A DNA stretch of 64,000 nt, from the NCBI GenBank assembly GCA_030390025.1, contig CM059432.1:41108001-41172000 (forward strand), given 5' to 3'. The notes under the pieces were generated by a model. That model saw only the letters and a program-made list of their open reading frames with translations, did no database searches and was not told the origin of the DNA. The DNA is from Squalus acanthias. Its lineage: Eukaryota. The number at the start of each line of letters is the position of its first letter. Position 1 is the first letter of the stretch. Positions 27,370 through 39,761 of the stretch are shown here, piece after piece. Made by a program: the position numbers and the translations under genes.

Positions 27370-28491
27370 AGAAAGCGCAGGAGATCCAGCAGCTAGCTGA
27401 CAACCACGACGTGCGTGGATTCTTTAGCGCAGTCAAGACCATCTACGGCCCAAGCACCCAAGGTCCTACCCCACTGCGGGCCAAGAATGGAGAGCTACTC
27501 ATCAAGGACAGAGAGGCAGTCAGTGCCCGCTGGAAGGAGCACTCCAGCATTGATTTTCCTGTGGCATTGTTTCTGTTGTCGCCGCTGTTTTGGGGCTACA
27601 TTGATAGAGATGACAGAGCGGATTAGGCGGTGGTCTGTCCAGCAGTCGTCAGTTCCTGTCATAGCGCGGGAGATGCGGACGTCCTTGCGGTCCCTCGCTC
27701 GGACGATGACGTAGTCCAGCCTACTGTCAACAAGGGCAGACGTCGATGACTAAGTCCAACACCGCCTTCAGTGTGCCAGTGCAGCCTTCGGTCGCCTGAG
27801 GAAGAGAGTGAAGACCAGGACCTCAAACCCGGCACTAAGCTCATGGTCTACAGAGCAGCAGTGATACCCGCCCTGCTGTATGCCTCAGAGACATGGACCA
27901 TGTACAGCAGGCACCTCAAAGCACTGGAGAGGTACCACCAACGCTGCCTCCGCAAGATCCTGCAAATCCATTGGCAGGATAGGCGCACCAACGTCAGTGT
28001 TCTCGCTCAGGCCAACATCCCCAGCATCGAAGCTTTGACCACGCTGGATCAGCTCCGATGGACGGGTCACATCGTCCGCATGCCTGATACGAGACTCCCA
28101 AAACAAGCGCTCTACTCTGAGCTCCGACATGGCAAGAGAGCCCCAGGTGGGCAGAGGAAATATTTCAAGGACACCCTCAAAGCTTCCTTGGAAAAAGTGC
28201 AACATCCCCACCGACACCTGGGAATCCCTGGCCCAAGACCGCACAAAGTGGAGGAGAAGCATCCGGGAAGGCGTCGAACACCTCGAGTCTCTTCGCCGGG
28301 AGCAAGCGGAAGCCAAGCGCAAGGAGCGCACGTCAACCCAAGCACCCCACCCACCGGCCCCTTCAACCACCGTCTGCCCAACCTGTGACAGAGACTGTAG
28401 GTCCCGCATTGGACTCCTCAGTCACCTGAGAACTCATTTTTAATGTGGAAGCAAGTCATCCTCGGTTCCGAGGGACTGTCTAAGAGAAGAG
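27370..28491 (+). mobile_element. RTE-clade LINE, truncated and internally rearranged
   Basis: KLMVYRAAVIPALLYASETWT and a C-terminal CPTC...SRIGLLSHLRTH zinc finger; GAGAAGAG tail; TSD ACTTCTG at 27363-69 and 28492-98. Confidence 0.9.
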
Positions 28492-29319
28492 ACTTCTGTT
28501 ACTGGTAATAAAGAATTCAAATCCGTAATCTAATACAGACAAAAATACATCTGTCACAACATTTCCCCCCTTGAAAAGGTGTCTCGCATGCAGGTCCCAC
28601 ACACTCACTGGTGAGGACTCTGTGCACTGTGCTTAGCACATCATCATAGCTGTTGGAATCCTGAGGCCTGTAGGACCATGGGTTGTGCAAAAACCTGATG
28701 ATACGTGTCATACCTGCACCTGGTGACTTTCTCTTGCCACAGTCTTGTACATTGAGTGATGAAGTCAGCGGATGCGGCCTGGCTGGTATTGAATTGTTCA
28801 CACTGGCACTTTGGCCAATCTAGGTTGCTCTGCCAGCACTGTCTCACAAGTGTTTGGGTTCGGCAGATGGGGTTTACCACCAACTGTACTCACTGGTTTG
28901 TCCACCATTTAGCTGAAGGTGAAAAGTTTGTATTGACTCTAGCTAAGGTATGCATCATGTGACCCCTTGCATCCTTCACTTGAGCAGTTACTACACACAC
29001 AACTACCTCTTCCTGGACAAATTATGGTGTTTACTGCTTTTATTCTTGTCTAAACTAAATAAGATATTCTAGCCGAACTCTGGCTACAGATACCTCTAAG
29101 TTAACCCCCTTTTCTGGCTCACATTCACTGATCGGATGTAGAAAAGGAGACATATTGTCTAAGTCCCTATCACTGCACAAACTGCAATAACTCCTTTCTC
29201 CTCGTAAGATTTGTAGAGGTCATTTTCCTTCATTATTTCACTTCTGATTAATTTGTTAATCCAGTTCGACTTGCACTTGTTGAGCCATTGTTTGCTGATT
29301 CGAGGTATGCATATATCTT

Positions 29320-30078
29320 GCGAAGTGATACATTTTGGTAGAAAGAATGAGGAGAGGAAATATAAACTAAAGGGTACATGAACAGAGAGACCTAGGGGTA
29401 TATGTGCACAAATCATTGAAGGTGGAAGGGCAGGTTGAGAAAGCAGTTAAAAAAGCTTACGGGGATCCTGGGCTTCATGAATAGAGGTATAGAGTACAAA
29501 AGCGTGGAAATTATGATGAACCTGTATAAAGCACTGGTTCAGCCTCAACTGGACTATTGTCCAATTCTGGGCACCGCACTTTAGGAAGGATGTGAAGGCC
29601 TTAGAAAGGGTGCAGAAAAGATTTATGATAATGATTCCAGGGATGAGGGACTTCAGTTACGTGGATAGACTGGGGTTGCTCTCCTTAGAGTAGAGAAGAT
29701 TGAGAGGAGATTTGATAGAGGTGTTCAAACTCATGAGGGGTCTGGACAGAGTAGATAGAGAGAAACTGTTCCCATTAGCGGAAAGGTGGAGAACCAGAGG
29801 ACACAGATTTAAGGTGATTGGCAGAAGAACCAAAGGCGATATGAGGAAAAACTTTTTTACTCAGCGAGTGGCTAGGATCTGGAATGCACTGCCGGAAAGG
29901 GTGGTGGAGGCAGACGCAATCATGGCTTTCAAAAGGGAGTTGGATAAGTACCTGAAGGAAAAAAAGTTTGCAGGGATAGGGCGGGGAGTGGGACTAGCTT
30001 GAATTGCTCTTGCAGAGAGCCGGCACGGGCTTGATGGGCCGAATGGCCGCCTTCCGTGTTGTAACCATTCTATGATTC
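29320..30078 (+). mobile_element. CR1 LINE 3' portion
   Basis: RGDLIEVFK...TRGHRFKV...IWNALP; tail ATTCTATGATTC. Confidence 0.9.
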
Positions 30079-30619
30079 ATGTTTTAGCATTATGCCTTTA
30101 AATTAGCCTTTAAAGGTGTTCAACTTGTTCTCTACTGAAGTCTGCTTGAACAAATCAATTTGCTTGAGCTTTTCCGTAATTTCCTTTTGAAGTTAGCTTT
30201 TCTAAAATTATATACTTGGCTTCTGGTACTTGGTATTTCTAAATCCCAGATTATGTTGAACTTGATCATTCTGTGGTTGCTATTCCCATGGATGCCATAA
30301 CTTCCATTTCCTATAAGTTGTTTGTATCACTTACAATTACCAAGTCGAGGTGTGCACTGCCTATTGTGGCTTCCATGAAGTACTTTGATTGTGAACATGA
30401 AAGAGTAAACTGTATGGGTGGCAATTGTAAAGTATGGGGAAGGAGCCCAGGATGTTGAAGCCCAGCTAGGCATGTTGTGATGGTGATGAAGGAGGGTCAG
30501 AAAATTGTTGGAGCTAAAGTTGTAGATAAATTGACTCCATTTTTCCCCTCAAAATATAGGGGAAGAAATTCAAATCACGATTGCGCATTTTTCTGGCGTA
30601 AAATTGGCATTAGACCCCC

Positions 30620-31432
30620 AAAGCAGCATTTCCCAAACCCGCGACCTCTACCACCTAGAAGGACAAGGGCAGTAGGCGTATGGGAACACCACCACTTCAA
30701 GTTCCCCTCCAAGTCACATACATAGAAACATAGAAGATAGGAGCAGGAGTAGGCCATTCGGCCCCTCGAGCCTGTTCCACCATTTAATGAGATCATGGCT
30801 GATCATCCAAATTCAGTACCCTGTCCCTGCTTTCTCCCCATATCCCTTGATCCCTTTAGCCTTAAGAAATATATCTAACTCCTTCTTGAATATATTTAAT
30901 GAATTGGCCTCAACTGCCTTCTGTGGTAGAGAATTCCACAGGTTCACCACTTTCTGGGTGAAGAAATTCCTCCTCATCTCAGTCCTAAATGGCTTACCCC
31001 TTATCCTTAGACTGTGACCCCTGGTTCTGGACTCCCCGGCCATCGGGAACATCCTTCCTGCATCTAGTCTGTCTAGTCCTGTCAGAATTTTATAAGTTTC
31101 AATGAGATCCCCTCTCATTCTTCTAAACTCTAGCGTCATTCCTGCTATCCCAGGTATCAGTCTGGTGAATCTTCACTGCACTCCCTCCATGGCAAGAACA
31201 TCCTTCCTCAGATAAGGTGACCAAAACTGCACACAATACCATCCTGACTTGGAAATATATCGCCATTCCTTCTTCATCGCTGGGTCAAAATCCTGGAACT
31301 CCCTACCTTCACCACACGGACTGCAGCGGTTCAAGAAAGTGGTTCACCACCACCTTCTCAAGGGCATTTAGGGATGGGCAATAAATGTTGGCCTTGCCAG
31401 CGACGCCCACATCCCGTGAATTAATTAAAAAA
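30620..31432. mobile_element. 3' end of a second CR1/L2-superclade LINE family (+) with a nested CR1 3' end (-, about 30719-31238)
   Basis: Flanks match 53810-54120; the inner segment encodes RRMRGDLIETYKIL...LWNSLPQ on the minus strand. Confidence 0.85.
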
Positions 31433-32168
31433 ATTTGTGGTATGATCTACCACGCCCGAGCTATGCTGAAATTGCACAGGAGGCCATATTGGCGTGGGTG
31501 ACTTTTAGTCATCCAGAACACCCATCTGAAATGGGCGTTAAGCTTCTTAAATAAACAAATCGATTGTAGGACCCCAAATATGAAATTTAGGTACAAATAG
31601 ACGGAGCTTGCATTAATTGTGCCAGCCTTTGAGTGGGCTAACATGCGCTCCTTAAGGGGACTGCTCCAGGCTGCTCATTTCTCACCTGCAGCTTGCCTGG
31701 CAGCATTTAAATGAGGTCCCGAGCCAAATGTGGCTTCAGCCTCAGGCCAGCATGGACCAGCATGCAAAGGAGTCTTTGCTCCACTGACTTTGGGTCCGTT
31801 TTGAACGCAAGTCAAATTTCTTGGTCGTAAATTTTGATGTATTTATTTACTATCAAATCTCCCATTGATTTATCGTGTTATGTCAAATGATGAGCTATTT
31901 TATAAAAAAAAATTGTCGCAATTTAAAAAGTATTTAAAGAGAAACAGGTTTCAGAGAAGCCTGCCTTACTACAGTAAATGCCTTCTAATTCACCTGAGTA
32001 TATATACCTACTTCCAGCAATTTGATTTTGTGTCCTTAAAATAACAGCCAGTTGCACATGACTCCCTCTTAGCAGCAGAATAATCGTGTGTTACATAGTA
32101 TAAGTCCTTCTAAAACATCATATTTTCTGAGTTAGTGAGCAGTGCTTTGGGAGATCCACTAATATATT

Positions 32169-32905
32169 GGGCCAGATTTTGCGCTCGATGGCGAACGAAT
32201 GGCGCGAGCTGTTCATTAAATTTACACTTGCCCACAGACTTTCTATGGGTTTTTTGTACTGGAACATACTGTAAATTAGAAAGCCAAAATGGCGCGGTGC
32301 CCTCTACAGGGGATCTGGGACCTGTGTGAACAGGGAAAGCAACTGTGTATCTCCTTAACCAATCAGATTGAAGAACTGTTAATGAGCAGCGCAGCGTCTG
32401 AACCACGAAGTATAGAATATTTCAAATATTTCAAATTCAACATCAAATTAGCTACAGAAAGGGAAAGAGAGTGAGATAAGAGAAAGAAAGAAAACGTTTT
32501 TTTTTTAAATCTCCAACAATATTTAAAATCTGAAGGAATGAGACTCCACACATATAAAAGTTCATTTTCAGTGCCAGTGATGTTGTTTTGGCAGTAATTA
32601 AGACTTACCACACCGTTAAAAGGGTATTTACATTGGAATAGGCAAGTCCTAACATTTTCTAGTGAGCTTAGTTCCTATCTCTGAGTTAAGTCCAGGAACT
32701 TCTCACCGTTCAGTGTATTTGAATGGTGAGCCAGTTGGTGAGATGCCATTGTAGCGCAGCTTTTGGAAGAGCAAGACATCTCGGACAGCGACTTCTGGAT
32801 TTCCGCATTTAACTGCGCATGTACAGTCACTGGAAGTTTGATTTCCATGTAAATAACAGTGAGCACGGTTAGCTTCACTGTTATTTCTACAGCAAAATCC
32901 GGCCC
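32169..32905. mobile_element. Non-autonomous DNA transposon, probable Harbinger type (family B, copy 1)
   Basis: TIRs GGGCCAGATTTTGC / GCAAAATCCGGCCC; 3-bp TSD ATT; interior related to 50559-51300. Confidence 0.8.
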
Positions 32906-33271
32906 ATTAAAAACATATTTAAAAGAATACACCGTCAAGATATAAACAGAAGCACATTGTTAAAATAAAAATTATTTTAAGTTAATACTCAACTCTGCAA
33001 TAGTGTTTGAAGAGCATGGATTACTTATCCAGTATCCCTACGTCTTCCTGCATTATTTTCAATTGTTTTCGCACTCCACAGATGAGCACAGAAACATTTA
33101 TGTGTTGGCACGGGTGTGGATATAGAGCAGAGATTGGGAAAAGGAGGCTCAAATTTTTTTTTTAAAAAGTGAAAACCATTTTTCAATAAATAACCCATAA
33201 CTTTATTTTAGCCTTCTTGAGAGTGTTCCTCCATTTTCTTTTTATGTTTTTAGCAGATTTGTGGTCTGGAC

Positions 33272-33840
33272 ATGAAACCTCCAGGCTGGATTATTCCAGT
33301 GTTCTCCTGGCCTTCCTCCCATCGTCCATCCTCCACAAATTTCAACTCATCCAAAACATTGCTGTCCATATCCTATCCTGCACCAAGTCCCGCTTGCCCA
33401 TCACAACCATCCTCGCTGACCTACATTAGGTCTTGGTCCGCCAATGCCTCAAATTTAAAATTCACATCCTTGTGTTTAAATCCCAACATGGCTTTGCCCC
33501 TCTCTATCTCAGTAACTTCCTCCAGCCCCACAAACCCTGGTCCCTCAAACTCCCCATTCCTCCTACTCCGGCCTCACACCATTGGTAGCTGCGCCTTCAG
33601 TCGTCAAGGGCCCACTCTCAGGAATTGCCTACCTGAACACTTCTGCCTCTGCACCTCCCTCTGCTCCTTTTAAGATCGTCCTTAAAACCCACCTCTTTGA
33701 CTAAGCTTTAGATCCCTTATCCTAATTTCTACTCCTTCGGCTTAGGCTTGCTGTTTGTTTTTTTCCCTCTTGCCTCTGTGAAGTAAATTGGGATATGTTT
33801 CTCTGATAAAGGAGCCGTACTAATACAAATTAGTGTTGCT
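33272..33840 (+). mobile_element. L2 LINE 3' fragment
   Basis: TSRLDYSSVLLA...QLIQN...ITTILADLH is a typical L2 C-terminus. Confidence 0.8.
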
Positions 33841-36800
33841 ACATTAATTGGTGGGGAGTGGGGAGGGTTGGTGTGGAGCTTCAAAGAAGAATTCCGAAAG
33901 TAAGGTGATAGAACCTCAACAGCATTTTGTGTGACTGGATGTGGCTATGATCAGCAGATTGGAACACAGCTCTTTGTATGCATGGCCTATTTACCTTCCT
34001 TAATACTGGATTTATATTACGTCACTGCCAACTGAGGCAGACGCTGCACTAGCGGCAGTGCTGTAATATAACAGCTGGTAGTAGTGCCTATGGTAACATG
34101 GCAACCCATCACAGGAGGTGTCTTTTTCACTGGTTTTGCCAGCAGCAAATATTACCAGCCGTGGGTCACCATCTGTTTTTTATCATTGCTGACCTGTGCA
34201 GTGCTTCCTCCGACATCAGATCCATGGCCAGAAAACTGAAATGTCGACTGCAACGTTTAAATGGCTATGAATGTGCAGTTGTTTTTGTGTTGGGCTAGTG
34301 CTCTGAAATGTGATGCAGTGTAAATTTGCTGGACTCCAGACCACCAGGAGCTGAAACAAATTGAAAGGAGAGCTTGGGACTGTGCTATCATCACTTTGAG
34401 AAAATCCCACTCCTTTTCCATGTTCAAACAGAAATTAAACATTTTTGTTCCAAACATTCTTTGTTGTGCAGATTAAGTAATATATAAAAAATTTAACCTA
34501 GCAAAAAATGTAAACGTCAGTCAAAAATTTGTCTCTTGGATTTATATTATAAACATCATTTCAACAAATGTTATGCTGCATTAAGAGGTCCTATAGACTA
34601 GATTTTATTTGCTTTCTTGGCCTACTAGGTGTCACAGTTAGTTATTAAATATCACACGTGTAAGAATGTTTGTTGATTCCTAATTTCACAAATTGAATGA
34701 TTTATTGACAGTAAAATCAAAAGGTTTAAAGGTTAGCAAGCCAGATCCCTTTGAGTGCTGTGTTCCATTACGGCAGACAGTGTTGCAGTTAAAGTGTATT
34801 CTTGTGGAATTCTCACTAATTAACTGACAAGCATAGCAGTACGAAGTGGTGATCCTTTCTTTGTGACACTCAATGGTTTTCTGCAGGGAAACTGCGGGGA
34901 ATCATCCTGGCTGGATTTCTGAAGTGGATGTGTACGGAATAGCAATGACATGCTTTGTAAATACAGTAGTACTGTGTAGATTGTGTATATCGTTAAGATG
35001 CAAATTCATTATCCCGTGACTTAAAGCATTCAATGTTTCTGTGTGTGTACCAGATAAAGAAAGGGAATTGAATTCACAGAACACTGTGTACTGTGCAAAT
35101 TTTATGCATATCTCTCTAGTTGTACTTAATAAGACTGTGGGTTTGTTTTTGATTGTTCAGTGATTTATTTCCACTGTTTGAGGCACTGCAGCAAAAGGGT
35201 GACATTGTGTGACTGTTACTGTACTTTGGCTCCCTGATTATTAAAACAGTTAAAGGTCGCTGTATGGTGTCACTTTACTTGGGAGCTTTCAGATACTCCA
35301 AAAATTAATTCTGCTGCTACACACAAATGGTGCATACTGCAAGAGATGCTATGCCAGCACAAACTGTTTCAATGTCGTTTTTTTCATGTTTTTAAATGAA
35401 ATACTTAATTTGCTTTACTAAAATATTATGCAGGTGACCTGATGCTGCATTTTCCTTTGCATTTATAAACAAACAAAGTGCCTTGTCTTGCTTTTTCAAG
35501 TAGTGATGCTACTTTTATTCCCCTTTCACCTTTTAAGGCTTGCCTCCAATTACAACTGCACTATCAGAGGCACTTTTATTGTGTAAATGGCATGATTCAT
35601 GTGCTTCCAGGGGAATCATCTGAAGGAAAAAGTTTCACACCTTGCCCCTGCAGGCAAAGTGCCAATGGCAGTAAAGAGATAAATAGCAATCACTGTTGCC
35701 ATTGGGCAATGGATAGATCCTGGCCCGGATAGGCTGAGAGCTCAGTCTGCCTCTTTGCAGGCCACCCCCTGATAATAACAATAATCTGTAGCCAGAATGA
35801 TAATCATGAATACGACTTTGTAGCAACTATGCACACCCAATTCCGATGTTTCTGAATCCGCTTCACATTATAAGCAGGGCAAATTCGGTAGCTAAAACTA
35901 GCTCATATAACCGACCACTTTCCCTATTATTAAACAGGGTATTAGTGTTGCACAAGACAAAGTGGTCATATCTGGTTATTGCACGTAAAACAACAGTGAC
36001 CGAGGCTTCCCTGATTTGCCCCATACATAAATGGACTGCCTGGTGTGGTACTGAGTTATACAAGCTAGTAAAAACCCAGTTTCAGTTTCTGCGCTTAGTT
36101 AGCAGATCTTGACCAGAGTTCAGTGTTGAAGTGGCTTTAGCTTCCCTGAGCTGAGTGGGGTGAATATCATCCCAATCGTGATTGCAGTGACCCCTGTTGG
36201 AAAGTGCCTGTGTGTAAGCATGGGGTGAGAACACATTCAACTGCATTTGCCCCAGACGAACCTCACACGTGAAGAATGGCTACTTGAGCAAGGTGCTGTA
36301 GGGCAGCAGGCACATGTGTAAATATACCCGAGCTTGAGTCAGTGCCTTCAGGATCATAATTAGAGAGGGAGGAGATGCAATTCTGTTTTGAATGTTGAAA
36401 GAATTTCTGTTGTTAACCCAGTTCAGCTTTAAGGACTTTGTAAATAATTTTCCTTGTCAGCATTAAACTCCAACTTCATGTTTTGTATTGCACTAATGAT
36501 AGTATAGTAATCTCTTTCTCCCCTCCCCCTTGCAGCCTAGTTCCTGTCTCGGTGGTTGGCAGGAACTAGGGGTGAAGAGTAGAGGTCAGTGCTATTTGTA
36601 TACAAAACACGTGATGGCAGGGTTTGATGTGTAAGAAAAAAATTTCAAAAATCTCTAAAATTGATCTGGTTTTGCAACATATTTGGTAAGTAGGCAATGT
36701 TAAAGAGCTTTAAAAATAGAAAAGGGATATGTAGGACTGCAATTTAAGTGTATATTTTATTTCAGCATAAAAATTTTCAAAACTCAAATATTGTTCTGCA

Positions 36801-37206
36801 GCTGCATACATTTCAGATCAACTAAGTTTATAGGAAATAAGTTTATACTTAGATATGTAGAATAATGGCCATTGACAGCTTGCCATTATACACTTAACAG
36901 CTTCAATGGATTAGCTGGGCGTTTCTTACACAGTCATTGAGGGATTAGTCTGACCTTCCTTGACCCCTGGTTTAGCATTATGCAAGACTCAGGGTTTTAT
37001 ACTACACAATAGAGACATTCAGCACCTCATTACTCTGAATATTCAAGCTGAATGGGTCCTTTTGCACATCATTACCTAAGAAAGCAGGTTTTGGGTGTGT
37101 TTCTGAAGTGGGGGCTGGCCTTTGGAGGTAGTCTGATTTAAAAGAGCAAGTCAGAGCTCTAGATTATTCAGTGCAAAGTTTAGTAACTGAACAGTTCAGT
37201 TACACC

Positions 37207-37895
37207 ATGGAATCCACAAGAAAAAAACAGAAGGAACTTACTTTATCTGAGAAGATTCAAGTTCTTGAATTGCTTCAGAGGCAAAAGATCTCCCAAATGG
37301 AACTTGCAAAACGTTTTGGGGTTACACAGCCTGTCATCTCCAGACTAATCAAGAACAAGGAAAAAGTCCTGATGGAATGGCACAATAACAGCAATCCAGA
37401 TCGCAAACGCAAAAGGGAAGGGAGGGATAGTGATGTGGATACAGCCCTCTTGCAGTGGTTCCAGATTGCCAGAGCACAACATGTACTCGTCTCAGATGAA
37501 GTCTTGGCTGCGAAGGCCAAGGGCCTAGCGGATGCTATGCAGATCAGGAATTTTGTTCCAACTGTTGGCTGGATCAACAGGTGGAAAGCTCGTCACAGTG
37601 CCTTTTTGCAACAAGCGCATGGAGAAAGCGATGGCACAGGTCAGTCAGTGGGCAGTGCACCACAAGAGGTTGTGCCACCAGAAGGAATGACTGAAGAGGA
37701 ATTTCACCAGTATGTGGAGCAAGCTGCTATTAAGGTATGTGTTTGGGATATAGCTGATCAAGAACCAGGAAACAACATGAAAGCGATTACAAAGTCAGAA
37801 GATATTGATGTTGAGGAAGAGAAATCTATGCCTGTTTTTAAGATGGCAAGAGGAAGTAATGGCCAACTAGCATCTTCATCGAACCAATATAACAT
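37207..37895 (+). CDS. Exon 1 of predicted chimeric gene: TIGD3-like pogo/Tigger DNA-binding region (psq-type HTH plus CENP-B-type HTH), no DDE domain
   Basis: Kozak ACCATGG. LTLSEKIQVLELLQRQKISQMELAKRFGVTQPVISRLIKNKEK...RKRKRE...VDTALLQWF...KAKGLA...FVPTVGWINRWKARH resembles the recalled TIGD3 N-terminus. The frame is uninterrupted and ends at a consensus phase-2 donor AT|GTAAGT at 37896. Confidence 0.85.
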
Positions 37896-38084
37896 GTAAG
37901 TTTAACCACTTTTCACTTTTTTTATGGACTACTTTTAATTAATTTACTGAAAATTAAGGAAAACGTTGTTCAAACAGAGACTTTATATTAAATTACAGGT
38001 TTTCCTTTTTTGGTTCTCCTCATGAGAGTTAAACTGTTCATTATACCTGGTCTCTGCTGCTGAGATGTAGGTTTAAAGATGTAT

Positions 38085-38540
38085 TGTCAGCTTGGCTCAG
38101 TTGATTGCACTCTTGCCTCTGAGAAGGTTGTAGATTCAAATCCTGCTCTGGATTTGAGCACATAATCTGGGCTAACACTTCATGCAATACTGAAGGAGTG
38201 CTGCATTGTTGAAAATGCCATCTTCCGGATGAGCCATTAAATTGAGGCCCTGTCTGTCTTCTCAGATGGATGTAAAAGTTCCAGTGGCACTATTCGTAAG
38301 TAAGTAGGAAATCTCCCCTGCTATCCTGACCAACAATCCTCTCTCAGCCAACACCACCAAAAACAGGTTATCTGCTCATTCATTTGCTGTTTCTGGAACC
38401 TTGCCGTGTGGAAATTGGCTGCCATGTTTGCCTACATCACAACTGTCATAATACTTCAAAAGTAACCAGCTAGCTGTGAAATGCTTTGGGACATTCTGAG
38501 TGCGATGAGGTACTATGTAGTTGTAAATTATTTCTTCTTT
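38085..38540 (+). mobile_element. Deu-domain tRNA-derived SINE, near full length
   Basis: Head TGGCTCAGTTG...GATTCAAATCC; Deu-like core; tail GCTGTGAAATGCTTTGGGAC. Confidence 0.75.
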
Positions 38541-38624
38541 CTTCCCTTCAGCAACACACCATCAAGAGTCAGAACTTTGAATTCTTATTCTTTTCTTTCT
38601 CCTAGTTCAAGGACACTGAAGCCA

Positions 38625-39058
38625 ATTGTAATATAGCACCTTATCACATCACTAAGAAATATCACATGCCATGAATTAAATTGACGAACACTGACTGTTC
38701 TTATGTAGGCAAATGTGGTAGCCATTTTGCGCACAGCAAGATCCCACAAACAGCAAATAGATGAATGATCAGGTAATCTGTTTTTGGTGATGCTGGTTGA
38801 AAGAGGAATGTTGGCCAAGACACCAAGAGAGCTCCATTCCATCAAGTAGTGCCAAAATCCACCTGATGGAGACAGGGCCTCAGTTTAGCATCCCATTTGA
38901 AAGATGGCACTTACAACAATGGATTACAACACTTACAACTCCCACATTATTGTGTTGAAGTGATAGCCTATGTCATGCGCTCAAGTCATGGAAGGCGGAT
39001 GAACACACACTTTTCTGACTCCGATGCAAGAGTGCTTCTAACTGAGCCAAGCTGAGAC
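38625..39058 (-). mobile_element. Deu-domain tRNA-derived SINE, inverted relative to 38085-38540
   Basis: Reverse-complement head ...AAGAGTGCTTCTAACTGAGCCAAGCTGAGAC; core GCAAGATCCCACAAACAGCAA. Confidence 0.75.
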
Positions 39059-39761
39059 TCCATTGTACATAAACAAAATTATGTCTTGTTCTTTCCTTTT
39101 ATAAAATTTTGCCTCCATTTTTTTTTTCTCCTCTCCACCTCTCCTGAGGGTGTAACTGCCTTGCTTGGGAATGGTTCCATGGGTGCCAGTCACCCTCTGG
39201 TATATTTTACAAGTGATGATTTTGAGCCTTGACGGTAAATGTTCGTAGGCTACTTAACCACAAAAGTCAAGCCCAATCCGGGCCTTATTGACATCCTGGA
39301 TGCACGTCCAGCAGGGGTTGTTAGCGGCAATCAGGAGTGCAAATCTCAGTGATTATTTCCCCTCTGGTCATTGAAGTCCGTTGCAGTTTGCTTACCTTGG
39401 CCCTAGATAAAATAATTCAGACAAAGTTGGGGAATTGAACTTCCCTGTTTTGTATGGCTCCACTATTTGCTGCTTAAATTTGAATAGCCATTGGGAAAAC
39501 CATTTTGTCTGTTTGTAATCAAAAGCAGCTATACAGTTGCAATGTTTAAAAAAAAAAATGGTGAGCACACTTGTTTATAAACAGCGAAACATTGGCTGTG
39601 GTTTTACACCTGGTGAATTCCTAATCTTAACTAAGAGGGATGCTGAAGTTATGTCAGAACATTCATATTTTTGAACACTAATTTTTTGCAATAAATGGTT
39701 GGGGAAATTATGGAACTAATTATTTACTTGGTTTAACTTTTAAAATTTAATTTTTATACAG

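Noticed and set aside
37171..37899. Stand-alone single-exon or active Tigger transposase
   Set aside because: No DDE domain or TIRs, and the ORF stop (TAA) lies inside the GTAAGT donor, which favours splicing. An unspliced form cannot be excluded.
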